Shown here one piece after another: positions 31,399-42,408 of a DNA stretch of 64,000 nt. Within the stretch, counting starts at the first letter, position 1; each line of letters opens with the position of its first letter. The notes beneath the pieces are model-generated. The model searched no databases and had not been told where the DNA came from. It saw only the letters and a program-made list of their open reading frames with translations. The translations under genes were made by a program, and so were the position numbers. Source of the DNA: Naegleria gruberi (Eukaryota); assembly GCA_000004985.1 (NCBI GenBank), contig GG738848.1, one strand, 5' to 3'.

Positions 31399-32517
31399 TT
31401 AATGAATAAAATCAAGAATAATGTCATCTAATCGTCTCATTTGTAAAGCTCCATGTAAATTATGTTTAAAATCATTATTTGGAATTACAAAAAGAGGTAA
31501 ATCAAACCTGTGAGTAATAAAACACTTTCTAGGTGAATTAGCTCCTATGGCTAAACAATTCAGTAATTCCTTCATATCAGAATCATGGGATGTATTCACA
31601 ATATGATATTCATATGTTCTATTTGGATAGCTGTTGTCTTGGTTATTTATCATTACTTTCAATGTCTCTGTAATGAGAGAATTGATGATTAGTGCACAGT
31701 CTTTCTTTAATCTATTCAATTCTTTACGAATATTTGGATCTGTATTTCCTTGATATTTAACACCCAATTTTATCCTTTCCTGGAAAACATCCGGGTGAGT
31801 AAATATCAAAATTATTCTATAGCAAGTAAATTTAGAAAGTCTTTTACATTCATTGAAATAGGTATTCAAATATTGAAGATTATCATAATCAGATAACGAA
31901 AATGAGACTGCAACCACATCAGCCCAAGTGTCACAAGAAAAACAATTTGCAAAAAGCTCAAAACTCAATTGATTGGTTTTGTAAGGATAATTGCTAGTTT
32001 TTGTGGAATAAGCACATGTAAGATATCTTTGATTTGTGAACACAGGCTCAAAAAAACAAGTTCTCTTCACATTAAATTGACTTCCTCTTTCCAGATATGA
32101 ACACAATGTTGGTAATACCAAATATGGATCCAATTTAAATCGATTTTCAAAATATTCCTCTCTAAAATTTGGTTGACTCCACAATTCCACTAATAATTCC
32201 GCCAAACTCATTCTCTCCATTTGATGTTCATGAAAATAATGAGGCAAATGTTTGCACAAATGATCACAAATAAATAATAATTCTTCACGTAACAATTTTT
32301 CATCCGATTGTTTGTATTTGTTGTAGGTTTCGTTGGTAGTAGTGCAAAATTCTGATAGATCTCCTCGATGAAGAGACATTATTTGATCAGCCAAGCCTTG
32401 AAAAATCACAACAGAAGGTCCTCCTGCAATTAGAAAATATTGGTGGTGGTATTCATTTGTGTTGGAGTGATGTCCTGAATTGATATGCTTGGTTGGAAGA
32501 GAATTGTTTGCACCCAT
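31399..32517 (-). CDS. Divergent G-protein alpha-subunit-like protein with an N-myristoylation motif and degenerate GTP-binding motifs.
   Basis: Start is MGANNS from tacaaaaaaATGG. DVVAVSFSLSDYDNLQYL matches Gα (A)IIFCVALSDYDQVL, and RIILIFTHPDVFQERI matches SIILFLNKKDLFEEKI. The P-loop is reduced to LIAGGPSVV. Confidence 0.55.
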   Translation of the reverse strand: MGANNSLPTKHINSGHHSNTNEYHHQYFLIAGGPSVVIFQGLADQIMSLHRGDLSEFCTTTNETYNKYKQSDEKLLREELLFICDHLCKHLPHYFHEHQMERMSLAELLVELWSQPNFREEYFENRFKLDPYLVLPTLCSYLERGSQFNVKRTCFFEPVFTNQRYLTCAYSTKTSNYPYKTNQLSFELFANCFSCDTWADVVAVSFSLSDYDNLQYLNTYFNECKRLSKFTCYRIILIFTHPDVFQERIKLGVKYQGNTDPNIRKELNRLKKDCALIINSLITETLKVMINNQDNSYPNRTYEYHIVNTSHDSDMKELLNCLAIGANSPRKCFITHRFDLPLFVIPNNDFKHNLHGALQMRRLDDIILDFIH

Positions 32518-33480
32518 TTTTTTGTAATAGATCAGCAATTACAACAGCACTACACATCATACCACCAAACAGCAATGCAAAGGTACTCACTGACAGTGAA
32601 ATAGCGGTCAAAATAATTAACAACACAAATTACAAAGGTCAATTTAAGCAAATCAAAGATGAAATTACCAACCTCATCAGCACTAAAAAACTTCAAGCAT
32701 CCATCGAATGGACAAAAGCTCATACAGGAATAACAGATGGAAATAACTACGCTGATAAGAAAGCCAAACAAGCCTCACGAATAGGACATCGAATTGCACC
32801 CCAACATCTACTAACTCAAGGGCAATTAATTATCACCAATTCGAAAAAAGTTTGGAAAAGTAGAATCAAAGGAGTACTTAGGGAAAAGCTCTACGATCAA
32901 GGAACATCCGAACTCATCAACAGAACAAATCTCAATTACCTCAAAGAACATACCACCCCAACTCACAAATACTCAATCTGGAGGCTCATGATAAATGGAC
33001 ACTTAAGAAGCCTCATAGTAGACAACCCACAATGCCCAACATGTAACAAAAACCTTGACACAGAACACCTCTTCATAGAATGCCCAGAAATGAATTCAGC
33101 AAGAAACTGGATGATTGAAGAAATCAAAAAAAATCAATCTCGAACCAGTACTAAGCACAGAGAGGACAGAAATATTAACACCAAACTCATTCCAACTGAA
33201 TATCTTTGGTATTCTGACAAAACCTATTCAAGGTATTATCAAAGAACAATGGCCCAAGATACAAGGAGGCCTCTCACTTTTTGGAGGAAGAGTACAAAAA
33301 CAATACAACAAAATCTTAAAAATTCAATAAGACGTTCCAAATGGACGAACCCGTCGGGTTCATTCGATTAATAAACGTTTAAATTTTTTTGTAATAGAAA
33401 CTGGAATTTTATGTACTAATAAAATTAAAAAATAAATAGTTAAATATTAAACAAACGCGTCACCACCAAATCATTTGGTG
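32500..33480 (+). mobile_element. 5'-truncated non-LTR (LINE) retrotransposon fragment carrying the ORF2 RNase H tail plus a Cys-rich C-terminal motif and a 3' UTR. It sits tRNA-proximal, as TRE3-like elements do.
   Basis: VLTDSEIAVKIINN...ASIEWTKAHTGITDGNNYADKKAKQAS is the RNase H DxxE...H...D tail. CPTCNKNLDTEHLFIECPEMNSARNWM is the zinc motif. The element ends about 40 bp from the 3' end of the tRNA-Arg on the opposite strand. Confidence 0.7.
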
Positions 33481-33520
33481 AGATGATAAAAAACAATCTT
33501 GCTTTGAGTTAAAAATCAGA

Positions 33521-33594
33521 TACCGACAATGGGGCTCGAACCCACGACCCCAGGATTAGAAGTCCTGTGCTCTATCCAACTGAGCTATGACGGC
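33521..33594 (-). tRNA. tRNA-Arg (UCU). The acceptor stem has one U•U mismatch.
   Basis: GCCGTCATAGCTCAGTTGGATAGAGC..CTTCTAA..GGGTTCGAGCCCCAT..TGTCGGTA. Confidence 0.7.
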
Positions 33595-33859
33595 TTACAT
33601 TCTCAATGAAATTTATCTTCAAATGTGGCTCTATTCGGTCTGGGAAAGGTTACTTTGGTTGCAACACTGCTTTAAATTTTCTATTGAAGTGAAACCTTTC
33701 TTAAATAAAACAACGCTCCCAACTTTATAATAAACACAACGAAAGTGGACACTAACGTAACATAATCTTTGCTTTCTTTCTCATGTGCTTAAATGCTAAC
33801 AAATTTCATCTATTCCACTGAAATTAATTGGTGATGTAGAAAGCAAACTAGATAAATTT

Positions 33860-34741
33860 TTATTCCTTTGTGGCTATAACAATAGTAACTTCATTACCCA
33901 TTGGATTATTACTTTGATAAATTTCATCAGCGTAGGTTTCCATCTTGGTTTTGAATTGTTGAACTTGTTCTTCAGAGACAGTTTGGAGAAGATTTCTGAT
34001 ATCTGGAGTTCCTACATTGAGTTCAGTGAATTCCTTTGCATTGAGAGCATGGAATGGTTGGAATTGATACCAAGAAAGACAAGTTTTGAATCCTCTAGAT
34101 AAGACACGTTCTCTCAATTGATCTCTATTGTGCAGATGGAATGGACTTCTGACAGGTGGCTTGTTATCAACCATTCCCCATTCCTTCTTGCATTCCATAA
34201 TAACTTTTGGAACAACAGTAAATTGTGGAGAGTTTGCTGGTCTTCCCCAAACTGAAAAACAGGCACGTCCTGACTTTTTCAAAACTCTTGACACCTCGGA
34301 AAGTACCTTATCAGGATTTGGAACAAGATGCAAACAATAATTAGAAAAGACAGCATCAAAAGTTTCATCTTCGAAAGGCAATTCCTCAGCAGAAGCATCC
34401 ACATAATCAATCTTTCTATTAAATGGTGCTTGAGTAAGAACTTGACATTTTTCTTCTGTTAATTTAATCATTTCCTTTGATAAATCTAAAGAAGTCAAAT
34501 GACCATCCTTGTGCATTGATGAAGCGATCAAATACGAGCCACCTCCGCCTCCACATCCTAAATCTAAAATTCTTAAAACTTTATCATTTTGCTCTCTGAT
34601 GCCCAACAAGGACACTAAAGAGTAGGCAGTAATGTTGGTGGATGGTTCTAACAATTCTTGAAATATTTTGGAAAATTCGTCCCACTTTTTCTTTAATTCC
34701 TCTGTTCCGAGAATGATTGGTTCTGTTGATTGTTGTTGCAT
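33860..34741 (-). CDS. Class I SAM-dependent methyltransferase.
   Basis: VLRILDLGCGGGGGS is motif I. Also DAVFSNYCLHLVPNPDKVLSEVSRVLKKSG. Confidence 0.75.
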   Translation of the reverse strand: MQQQSTEPIILGTEELKKKWDEFSKIFQELLEPSTNITAYSLVSLLGIREQNDKVLRILDLGCGGGGGSYLIASSMHKDGHLTSLDLSKEMIKLTEEKCQVLTQAPFNRKIDYVDASAEELPFEDETFDAVFSNYCLHLVPNPDKVLSEVSRVLKKSGRACFSVWGRPANSPQFTVVPKVIMECKKEWGMVDNKPPVRSPFHLHNRDQLRERVLSRGFKTCLSWYQFQPFHALNAKEFTELNVGTPDIRNLLQTVSEEQVQQFKTKMETYADEIYQSNNPMGNEVTIVIATKE

Positions 34742-35038
34742 TTTTTTTGTAATTGGTCTTCAGGTTTGTATCAATACAAGAGATAAATAAACTTACACCT
34801 TTTGTTTTTTTGTAATGGAAAAGAATTAATCCATGCGTAGCGGTCAATTCATTGAAACATGCCATTTTGATTGAGAATAAGTCATGGTGTTATTGCTTTT
34901 GGATATGGATTTTCAGTAGATCTATTTTGTCCGCAGGCTGTTGTTGTGAAAAAAGATAATTCGAAAATGAATGCATAGGCAGTTTTCCAAATTGTCAGAG
35001 ATTCCATCCCACCAACTTCAGGATAAACAACATCTTCA

Positions 35039-35990
35039 TCAGTACATGATTTTACACTCCTTTTCAAAGTCCAAATAGGAAATAATGTACTTGCACCACC
35101 TAGAGTTTCCTTTCAGTTTGTGCAACAAATTGTTCATTAGAAATCTTTCCATTTCTTCCACTTCCATTTTATAATAAGAAGGGTAACTTAAACTTCTCAT
35201 ATCCAAAGCAACAGCTTTGTCTAATAAATCCTCTTTGATATGGTCTGTGAAATCGGGTTTGTTGGCAAGAATTCCACATTCAATTGATTTCAATACTAGA
35301 TCCCTATCATCTTGTAATTCGGCTGATGCAAAAAACCATGCTAATCTATTGTGTTCTATTGCCAACAACATTTTTTCCTTGTTTGTGTTAATGTGAGGAA
35401 ATTCCTGGATCAGTTGAGGATAAGTGGTTATTGCAGAAAAAAATAATTCCTCATCCTTAAATTTCCCATCAATAAAATACCATATTCTCCCATTAAGCTT
35501 AAGAGCTTCCCTAATAAATTCCTTGTCAACCACAAATTTGGAACTCAATAAAACTTTTGTGTTCACTTTAGCCGTGCTTAAAATAAAATCTCTATCATTC
35601 CATAATTCTTCTAAATTCTTCTGAAAGTAATGCAATGGGTTTGTTGCTCATTTGAAGAGCAGCCAGTAAGATATCCTTATCAGTAATGAATTCTCTACGA
35701 ATGTATTTAACTGCCTTCTTATTGGCCTTAATAGCTAAAAGCATAAATTTCTTCCATTATCAAACTGTCTGGTAAATATTTTAACATGAATTTGGGCATT
35801 ACCCTCTCACGAGCAGCTTTCATTAGTGATTTTTTGTCTTTCTTCAGTCCTGGATATTTCCAAGTAGTAACAATCAAAATGCTCCTTTACTTCCTTCTTC
35901 ATCATCAATTCAAGGATTGTTGCATAATAGTATCAATTCGAACATTAATGCATTGAATAATAATGTATCACAAACAACATTAGGTGGGAT
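35039..35990 (-). CDS. DUF4116-repeat protein. The main exon is 35039..35635. The 5' part is split over 2–3 short exons or frames up to a candidate ATGATG at about 35936, and its structure is uncertain.
   Basis: Repeating units of about 26 aa, such as LKKDKKSLMKAA and ITDKDILLAALQMSNKPIALLSEE..LWNDRDFILSTAKVN. Three frame changes upstream of 35635 can be bridged by candidate introns of 50, 75 and about 91 nt. Confidence 0.4.
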
Positions 35991-36604
35991 CAGTTAATTG
36001 TTGAATCCAACTACTGTTAATTTCAATCAACAAACAAGTCATCATTTTTAGCCAATTTACTTGGTTGACTCGATGACTCCTCACATTTTCTTTTCAACAT
36101 TTTTTTGTTATTAAAAATTAATTATTATTGTAATTATTAGTTAAAATATTACAAAATGTTCAACATCAAATCAATTTCCAATAAAGTAAAAGTCTATAAT
36201 TAGTCTTTGTATTGGCTCAACCAAATATTTGAGATTAATAATCTTTAACCACAATCCAATTCTTTTTTCCCTCTCAATCCGATCTACAACCTCACCATCA
36301 TCATGTATTGTTGGTTAAGTCGTAGCGAAAACTTAAACAAAAAACCCTTAAAAAAATTAGAAAAAGGGCCACCCGATAAAAACATCATAAAAAATGTGGG
36401 TGGTATACTGCGGCTTAACTTTTTAGCTTCAGACATGATCAGGTGGACTTTGTCTTTTATTAGCATTCATATTATGATGATAAATTTGAGACTAGAAAGT
36501 TAAATTGAAAGTGGGAAAGGAAACACTTTAAAATAATTTTATTGAATAATAGTATTCGGAATGGGAGTTTCGGATTACAGTTTTGGATCTTTTTCGTTAA
36601 AAAA

Positions 36605-37537
36605 ATGATTTCACTTGGAAAGGGAGCATTGCTTTCACTCTCATTGCTTATTCTTGTTGCTGTTCAACTTGCAACTTGTCAATATGTTACTTTTACATAC
36701 AATACTGGAAATGTGGCAAACAACAATACTGTAATGGAAATTAATTTAAAGGATGGCTCTACTATTAGAAAATCTAAATTGTCAAATGCAGAAATGTACT
36801 TTCAAATTACTGGATATGCCACAAATTATAATGAAATGAAAATGTACATGCTCTTTGGTGATAGTAATGAATTGTGGACTTTTGATGCTAAAACCTTGGC
36901 AATGGAAAAGAATATTTTGGGAATTGATGCCAGTGCAATTACTGATATTCAATTTGACCAAAAAACATCAACTCTTTATGCCATTGTTCAAAACGAGAGA
37001 AATTACATTCAATCCTATAATTTCAAAACTCAACAATTGGAAATTGTCATGACTTTCAACGATACTATGGCCACTATTTTGGGTGCTTCTACCTATGACT
37101 CTAAGAATGGAATTTACTATGTTGGTGGTGCTTTTGGAAAGAATAATGCTATTGTTGGATGTGATGTTAGAAATAGAAAGATTGTTTCTCAAATTCTCTT
37201 TTTAGATGGTGACGAATTCAATGGATTGAGCTATGATGGCCACACCAACAAGTTGCATGGATTGTATACTAAGGGAAATTGTACCACCGACTGTACCTCA
37301 ATGATTAGCATTGATGGATTGACTGGAAAGAGAGAATTCTGGCAACCAAAGAATCTTCCAATTGGTATCCTTGGTCTCTATTCAAACTCTGCTTATGAAG
37401 GTTTCTACTTTTATCAAGTTATCAATAATGGACTCTACAACTTTGGAATGATCAATTTGGCCACCAAGCAAGTAGTTAGAAATTACAGAATTTATGACAA
37501 TTTCATTTATGGTGCCTTCTTTAAGGACTTGATTTAA
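36605..37537 (+). CDS. Hypothetical secreted protein.
   Basis: Signal peptide MISLGKGALLSLSLLILVAVQLATCQ from aaaaaaATG. No known domain. Confidence 0.5.
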   Translation: MISLGKGALLSLSLLILVAVQLATCQYVTFTYNTGNVANNNTVMEINLKDGSTIRKSKLSNAEMYFQITGYATNYNEMKMYMLFGDSNELWTFDAKTLAMEKNILGIDASAITDIQFDQKTSTLYAIVQNERNYIQSYNFKTQQLEIVMTFNDTMATILGASTYDSKNGIYYVGGAFGKNNAIVGCDVRNRKIVSQILFLDGDEFNGLSYDGHTNKLHGLYTKGNCTTDCTSMISIDGLTGKREFWQPKNLPIGILGLYSNSAYEGFYFYQVINNGLYNFGMINLATKQVVRNYRIYDNFIYGAFFKDLI

Positions 37538-37989
37538 ACTCATTCTAAATAATTTTACTGTTATGAATGGACTTTAATGAATTTTAACATGTTTTGGAAA
37601 TAAGGAAAACGATTCTTATTGATATTAATGTGTTTACCGTTGTATAGTTCAATTTCAATCCTGATGTTACATGTTTTTGGATTACTGTAACCTTTTCGAC
37701 ATTGTTCTCAAAAGATCCCTGCCATCTTCAAGATTCGGATGGCCTTTTCACTCTTTTGCACAGTAATTTAGTCTGTTTGTAATGGATCTTTGTGTGTCAG
37801 CAAGCCTAACCGAATCCATAATTATAAAAACAAGTCCATTCAAGAAAGTCATATTTCATCTATCCCTCAACAAATTAATGAAAATTGACAGGAATGGATT
37901 GCGTAGAGTAAGATAATAACATATTTAACGCTCTCTAATCCTTCCATTACACAAAACCATCACAAGAAAAAAAACTGTCAACAACACGA

Positions 37990-40900
37990 ATGTCAAAAAT
38001 CACATCCTGTCTTTTTGCCATTCTCTTGTTGTTTATTGTAGAAGGCATTAGAGCACAATGTCCACATGCTCAGTCAGGACTTTCACTCTTCTCCTCCCTT
38101 CCACAATGGAATGTACAAGGAGCAGACCTCGTAATTTCAACACCGGTCAAGGTTGACCAAACAGCAAGCGCCGTGCTTCGTTCTATCACAATCGCTAATG
38201 GTGGTTCACTCATATTTGATGATGCTATTTTGAATTTAAATGTTGAATTTATCAAGGTTGAAAAGGGAGGTAAATTCATTGCTGGTAGCGCTGATTGTCC
38301 AATTACAAAAAAGATTACAGTTACATGCTATGGTACTAGAACTTTAGAAAATATTATTGGTAGTGATCCATATGATAATACAGCAACTGGTTATAAGGGT
38401 ATTATTGCTATGAGTGGAGCTACTCTTCAATTACATGGTGCTGTTAATCGTCCAACTTGGACTAATCTTGCCGAAACTGTTGTTAAAGGTTCTAATCGTA
38501 TCAAGACTATTGATGCTACTCAATGGAAAGTAGGTGATAAGATTGTTTTGGCTTCCACTGACTTTAGTGAAGTTGTCCAATCAAGTGCCAAACTTCCATC
38601 ATGGATGACTGGTGGTTACAAATTCCCAGACCAAAATGAAGAACGTACTATTGCATCTGTTATTGATTCTCGTACATTTACTGTTGATTTACCATTCAAC
38701 TACACTCACTGGGGTGCAGGTTATCAAAGAGCTGAAGTTGGTATCTTGAATAGAAATATTGTTTTCAGAGGTGATAATTCAAGCGCTTCTCAAGCAGGTT
38801 ATGGTGGACATTTTATGATTCGTTTGTTGGATCATTGTGAAATTAGTGGTATTGAAGTTACTGGATTTGGTCAAAAGGGTGTTATGGGAAGGTTTGTAAT
38901 TCTTGAAAGTTTTTACAATTTTAACAATTTTTTTTTACAATTTTTGTAACATATTTTTGAATAATTGATAGATATTCTGTTCACTTCCACTTGTTGGCTT
39001 ATCACTCTGAAAAGATTGGTAAGCAATTCTTTATCAAAGATTCCTCAATCCATCACTCATTCCAAAGATGTATTGTTGTCCACGATACTAATGGTTTACT
39101 TGTCAAGAATAATGTTTGTTTTGATTCATTTGGACATCAATACTTCCTGGAAGATGGGCCTGAAAATGGTAATCAATTTATTGGAAATCTCGGAATTAGA
39201 GCTCGTCCTGTTGTCAGTGGAGATCCACAACAATTAATTCCTTCAGATCATGATGTTTCTATCTTTTGGATTACTAATCCAAATAACACATATATTGGAA
39301 ATGCTGCAGTCCAAGCAAAGTTTGGCTTTTGGTACACAATGCCTGTAAATGTAAGTATTCTAAATTTGTGAAATTTTAATTATTTTAAATTTTATAAAAA
39401 TTAAATAGCCAACTGGTTTGAGTGCTTCCACTTATGGAACTACTGTCACTCCAAGAAGACTTCCATTGGGTGCTTTTATCAATAATACAGCTCACTCTTT
39501 ATTTACTGGTCTCATGGTTGATGACATGGAAAAACCTGACGGTACTACTGAATTGGCTTCTTATTCCCCACCAGTTGAAACTTGGTTCGAAGGTTTGATT
39601 GCTTACAAGAATCGTGATCGTGGTTGTTGGGCAAGAGGAGGTCCACTTGGTTTCAATAATTTCATCTTGATGGATAACAGACTTGGCTTCCTTACACCTC
39701 CAGGTCCTAATATCTTGACAAACTCATTATTTGTTGGTGAAAGTGACAATGTTGGTGAGGTTGCTAGACCTACTATTGATCTTGGTGGTCGTTCTAGACC
39801 TGGTCTTTATTCTGCTGGTGACATTATTAAGGGTCATGACACTTATGATAATGGTGGTCCTCAATACATTAAGAATGTAACCTTCCTTAATTATGTAACT
39901 AATCAATATAGAAAGGCTGGTTCCCTGGGTCAACTTATGAATGCACCATTTAAGCATCAAAGTATGAATAGATATGTAGATTTAAAGTTTGATGATGCTA
40001 CTAACAGAGTTTACATTCATGACCAATTTAATGATGCCAATAGAGGTACCACCATTTTGGATATTGATGGTTCCGTAACTGGTAGATCTCCAGGTGGTTG
40101 GATTGTTGCTAATGACACTTTATTGACTAGAAAGGGTTGCACACCAGTTCCTCTCTGGCAAGGACATAATTGTCCAGTTGCTTTGGAAGGTTATTCTCAA
40201 TTCGCTGTTGTCAACCTTAATGGAGAATTTTCTACTGAAAGTGACACTGGTTCCTATCCTGATTTGAATGTAAAGGGAAAGACAGTTGCAAGAATGTACA
40301 CTCATGATTTGACTAGAGGACTTTCTAGCTCAGTAGTTGGTGCCTTCTCATCTGATGGTTTCTTTTATTTCCACTCCAATGTACTTGTCCGTAATTTCTA
40401 TGCTGTTCGTTGGGCATTTAACATTCCTACTCCACCAGCTCTCAAATTCTCATTGGGTTCAAGTGCTAACAATGAATGGATTGTTTTCAATATTCAATAT
40501 CCAAGAACAGCCGTTTTGGATATCACTTGGTCTTCTTACAGTCAATCAGTCAGACAACCAATGAAGAAAGCCAATAATTTACAACAAATTTTGGACGATC
40601 CAACTTATTACTATTACGATTCTGCATCTGAAAATCTTTTCATCCATTTGAAGAATAGAGCTGGTAGAACAGCATTCTCTGAAAGATTCAATTTAGTTGC
40701 TTATAGTTTTGATGGTTTCAATGTTGTTGTCAATGCCACATGTGCCAATAACAAGTGTGATGTTGATGATTACAGTTTACCAAAGGATGCTGAAAAGTTT
40801 ATTAAAAAGTACAATAGAGAAGATAGATTTGCTGGTGTCATGCAACCTTGTCAAATTGCATCATCTATGACAGCTGTTAAGGGAAGTGGTATTGTTTTTG

Positions 40901-42042
40901 CTGTTTTACTTCCAAATAGAAGAACTCTTGATGTTACTGTTCACCATGATCTTTCATTGATTGCTTCAAAGATGTCTATTGGTGTTGGTGAACCTGGAAG
41001 TGAAGAAAAGTTCATTTCTCAAGTTGGTGTCAAATATTCTCCATATTCCATGTCTAGATTCTCAGTTGACTTGTCCTATGATGAAATTGCTGCATTGTTG
41101 AAGGGTAAAATCTTTATCAAACTTCACACTTTTGATTATCCAGATGGTCATTTGAGAGGTCAATTACATTGTAACCATGGTGTTAGACCAAATGGTCATG
41201 CTGCTTGTCAAGTTCCACTCAGTATTTCAGCTGCCAAGCCATGTGATCCAGTTTCTAATTCTTTCGTTTTCTACACTGATGTTGAACAATCTATCAAATC
41301 AAGTTATTCCATTTATGGTTGGTCTGATACTGTTATTGATAGAAACTTTACTGCTGCTCCAATTTGTGGTACTTCATCAATTAAAACTTCCTTATGGAAG
41401 GGTGGATTCCAAGTTTCAAAGAGTTTCAAGGCTGGAGGTCCATACAATGTGGTTGATTTGAGTGTTTACAAATATTTCGAATTCTTTGTTAGAGGACTTT
41501 CCCAAGGACAAACAACTTTGAATATTTACTTTACTGAAATTGTTAATGATGCTGCCAAAGATATTTCAAGCATGTACATTGATCCAAAGTATATTCAACA
41601 TTTCAAGATTGATGATTCCAGAACTACCAGAGTTAGAATTCCAGTTGCTGATTATCCATTCACAAACAAGACTTCACTCAATGCTGTTCAAAGAGTTGGT
41701 TTCGTTTTGAATAATCAAGCTCAAGGTACAAGAGAATTGATCTTTGATAATTTGAGATTTGTTACTGGTGAAAATGACCAGTTGGAGGATTCTGCATTCG
41801 ACACTGCTCAAATTATTTCATTTGATAAGAAGTGGGGTATTTGTAATGCTGCCAATGTTGAAAATCCAGATCTTGATCCATTGAACGTTAGATTGACTGG
41901 TTTGGAAGTTGCCGAAGCTTCTGCCATTATTCCATCCAATTCATCTGCCCCAAGAACAAGTAACGCCACTCGTGGAGGTGTTAGTTCAATGATGGTCAAT
42001 CTTCTTATTGTTTTGATGATGCTCATTACTTTCAATCTTTAA
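37990..42042 (+). CDS. G8-domain / PbH1 beta-helix protein (CEMIP/TMEM2-like), secreted with a C-terminal hydrophobic anchor. Exons 37990..38891, 38972..39350 and 39409..42042. Intron 1 uses a GTTTGT donor. Intron 2 is 58 nt and uses GTAAGT.
   Basis: Signal peptide, then the G8 region (GGSLIFDDAILNLNVEFIKVEKGGKFIAGSADCPI...). The junction ...KGVMGR|YSVHFHLLAYHSE restores the conserved motif. The sequence continues ...TMPVN|PTGLSAS.... About 1304 aa. Confidence 0.75.
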
Positions 42043-42408
42043 ATTGTTCCAAAACATGAAATGATTTGAATAAAAATTGTTGAAATCTGTTAAGCTCTGT
42101 CTTTGCACTTTTTGGATGTTTTTATAAGATGATAATAAGGACTTGATGTTATTTGAGGGTTAAGATTTCCTAAAGAATTTTCATTTCATCCTGGTACATT
42201 TAATATCGATGTGCACAAAACTATTAAATAAATCAATTTTGTTATTGTAAGCATTTTTTCCTTTAAATCTCTTCTTTGTCTGAAACTTTAAAGCTCCCTA
42301 AAGGTCAACAATGAAAAGAGAAGGAAAGAAATAAGATTCCTTTCTGATTTAATCTTATTCATAGTTTTAGTAGAAAATGAAATTGATCAATTATTGGTTG
42401 GATCTGGT

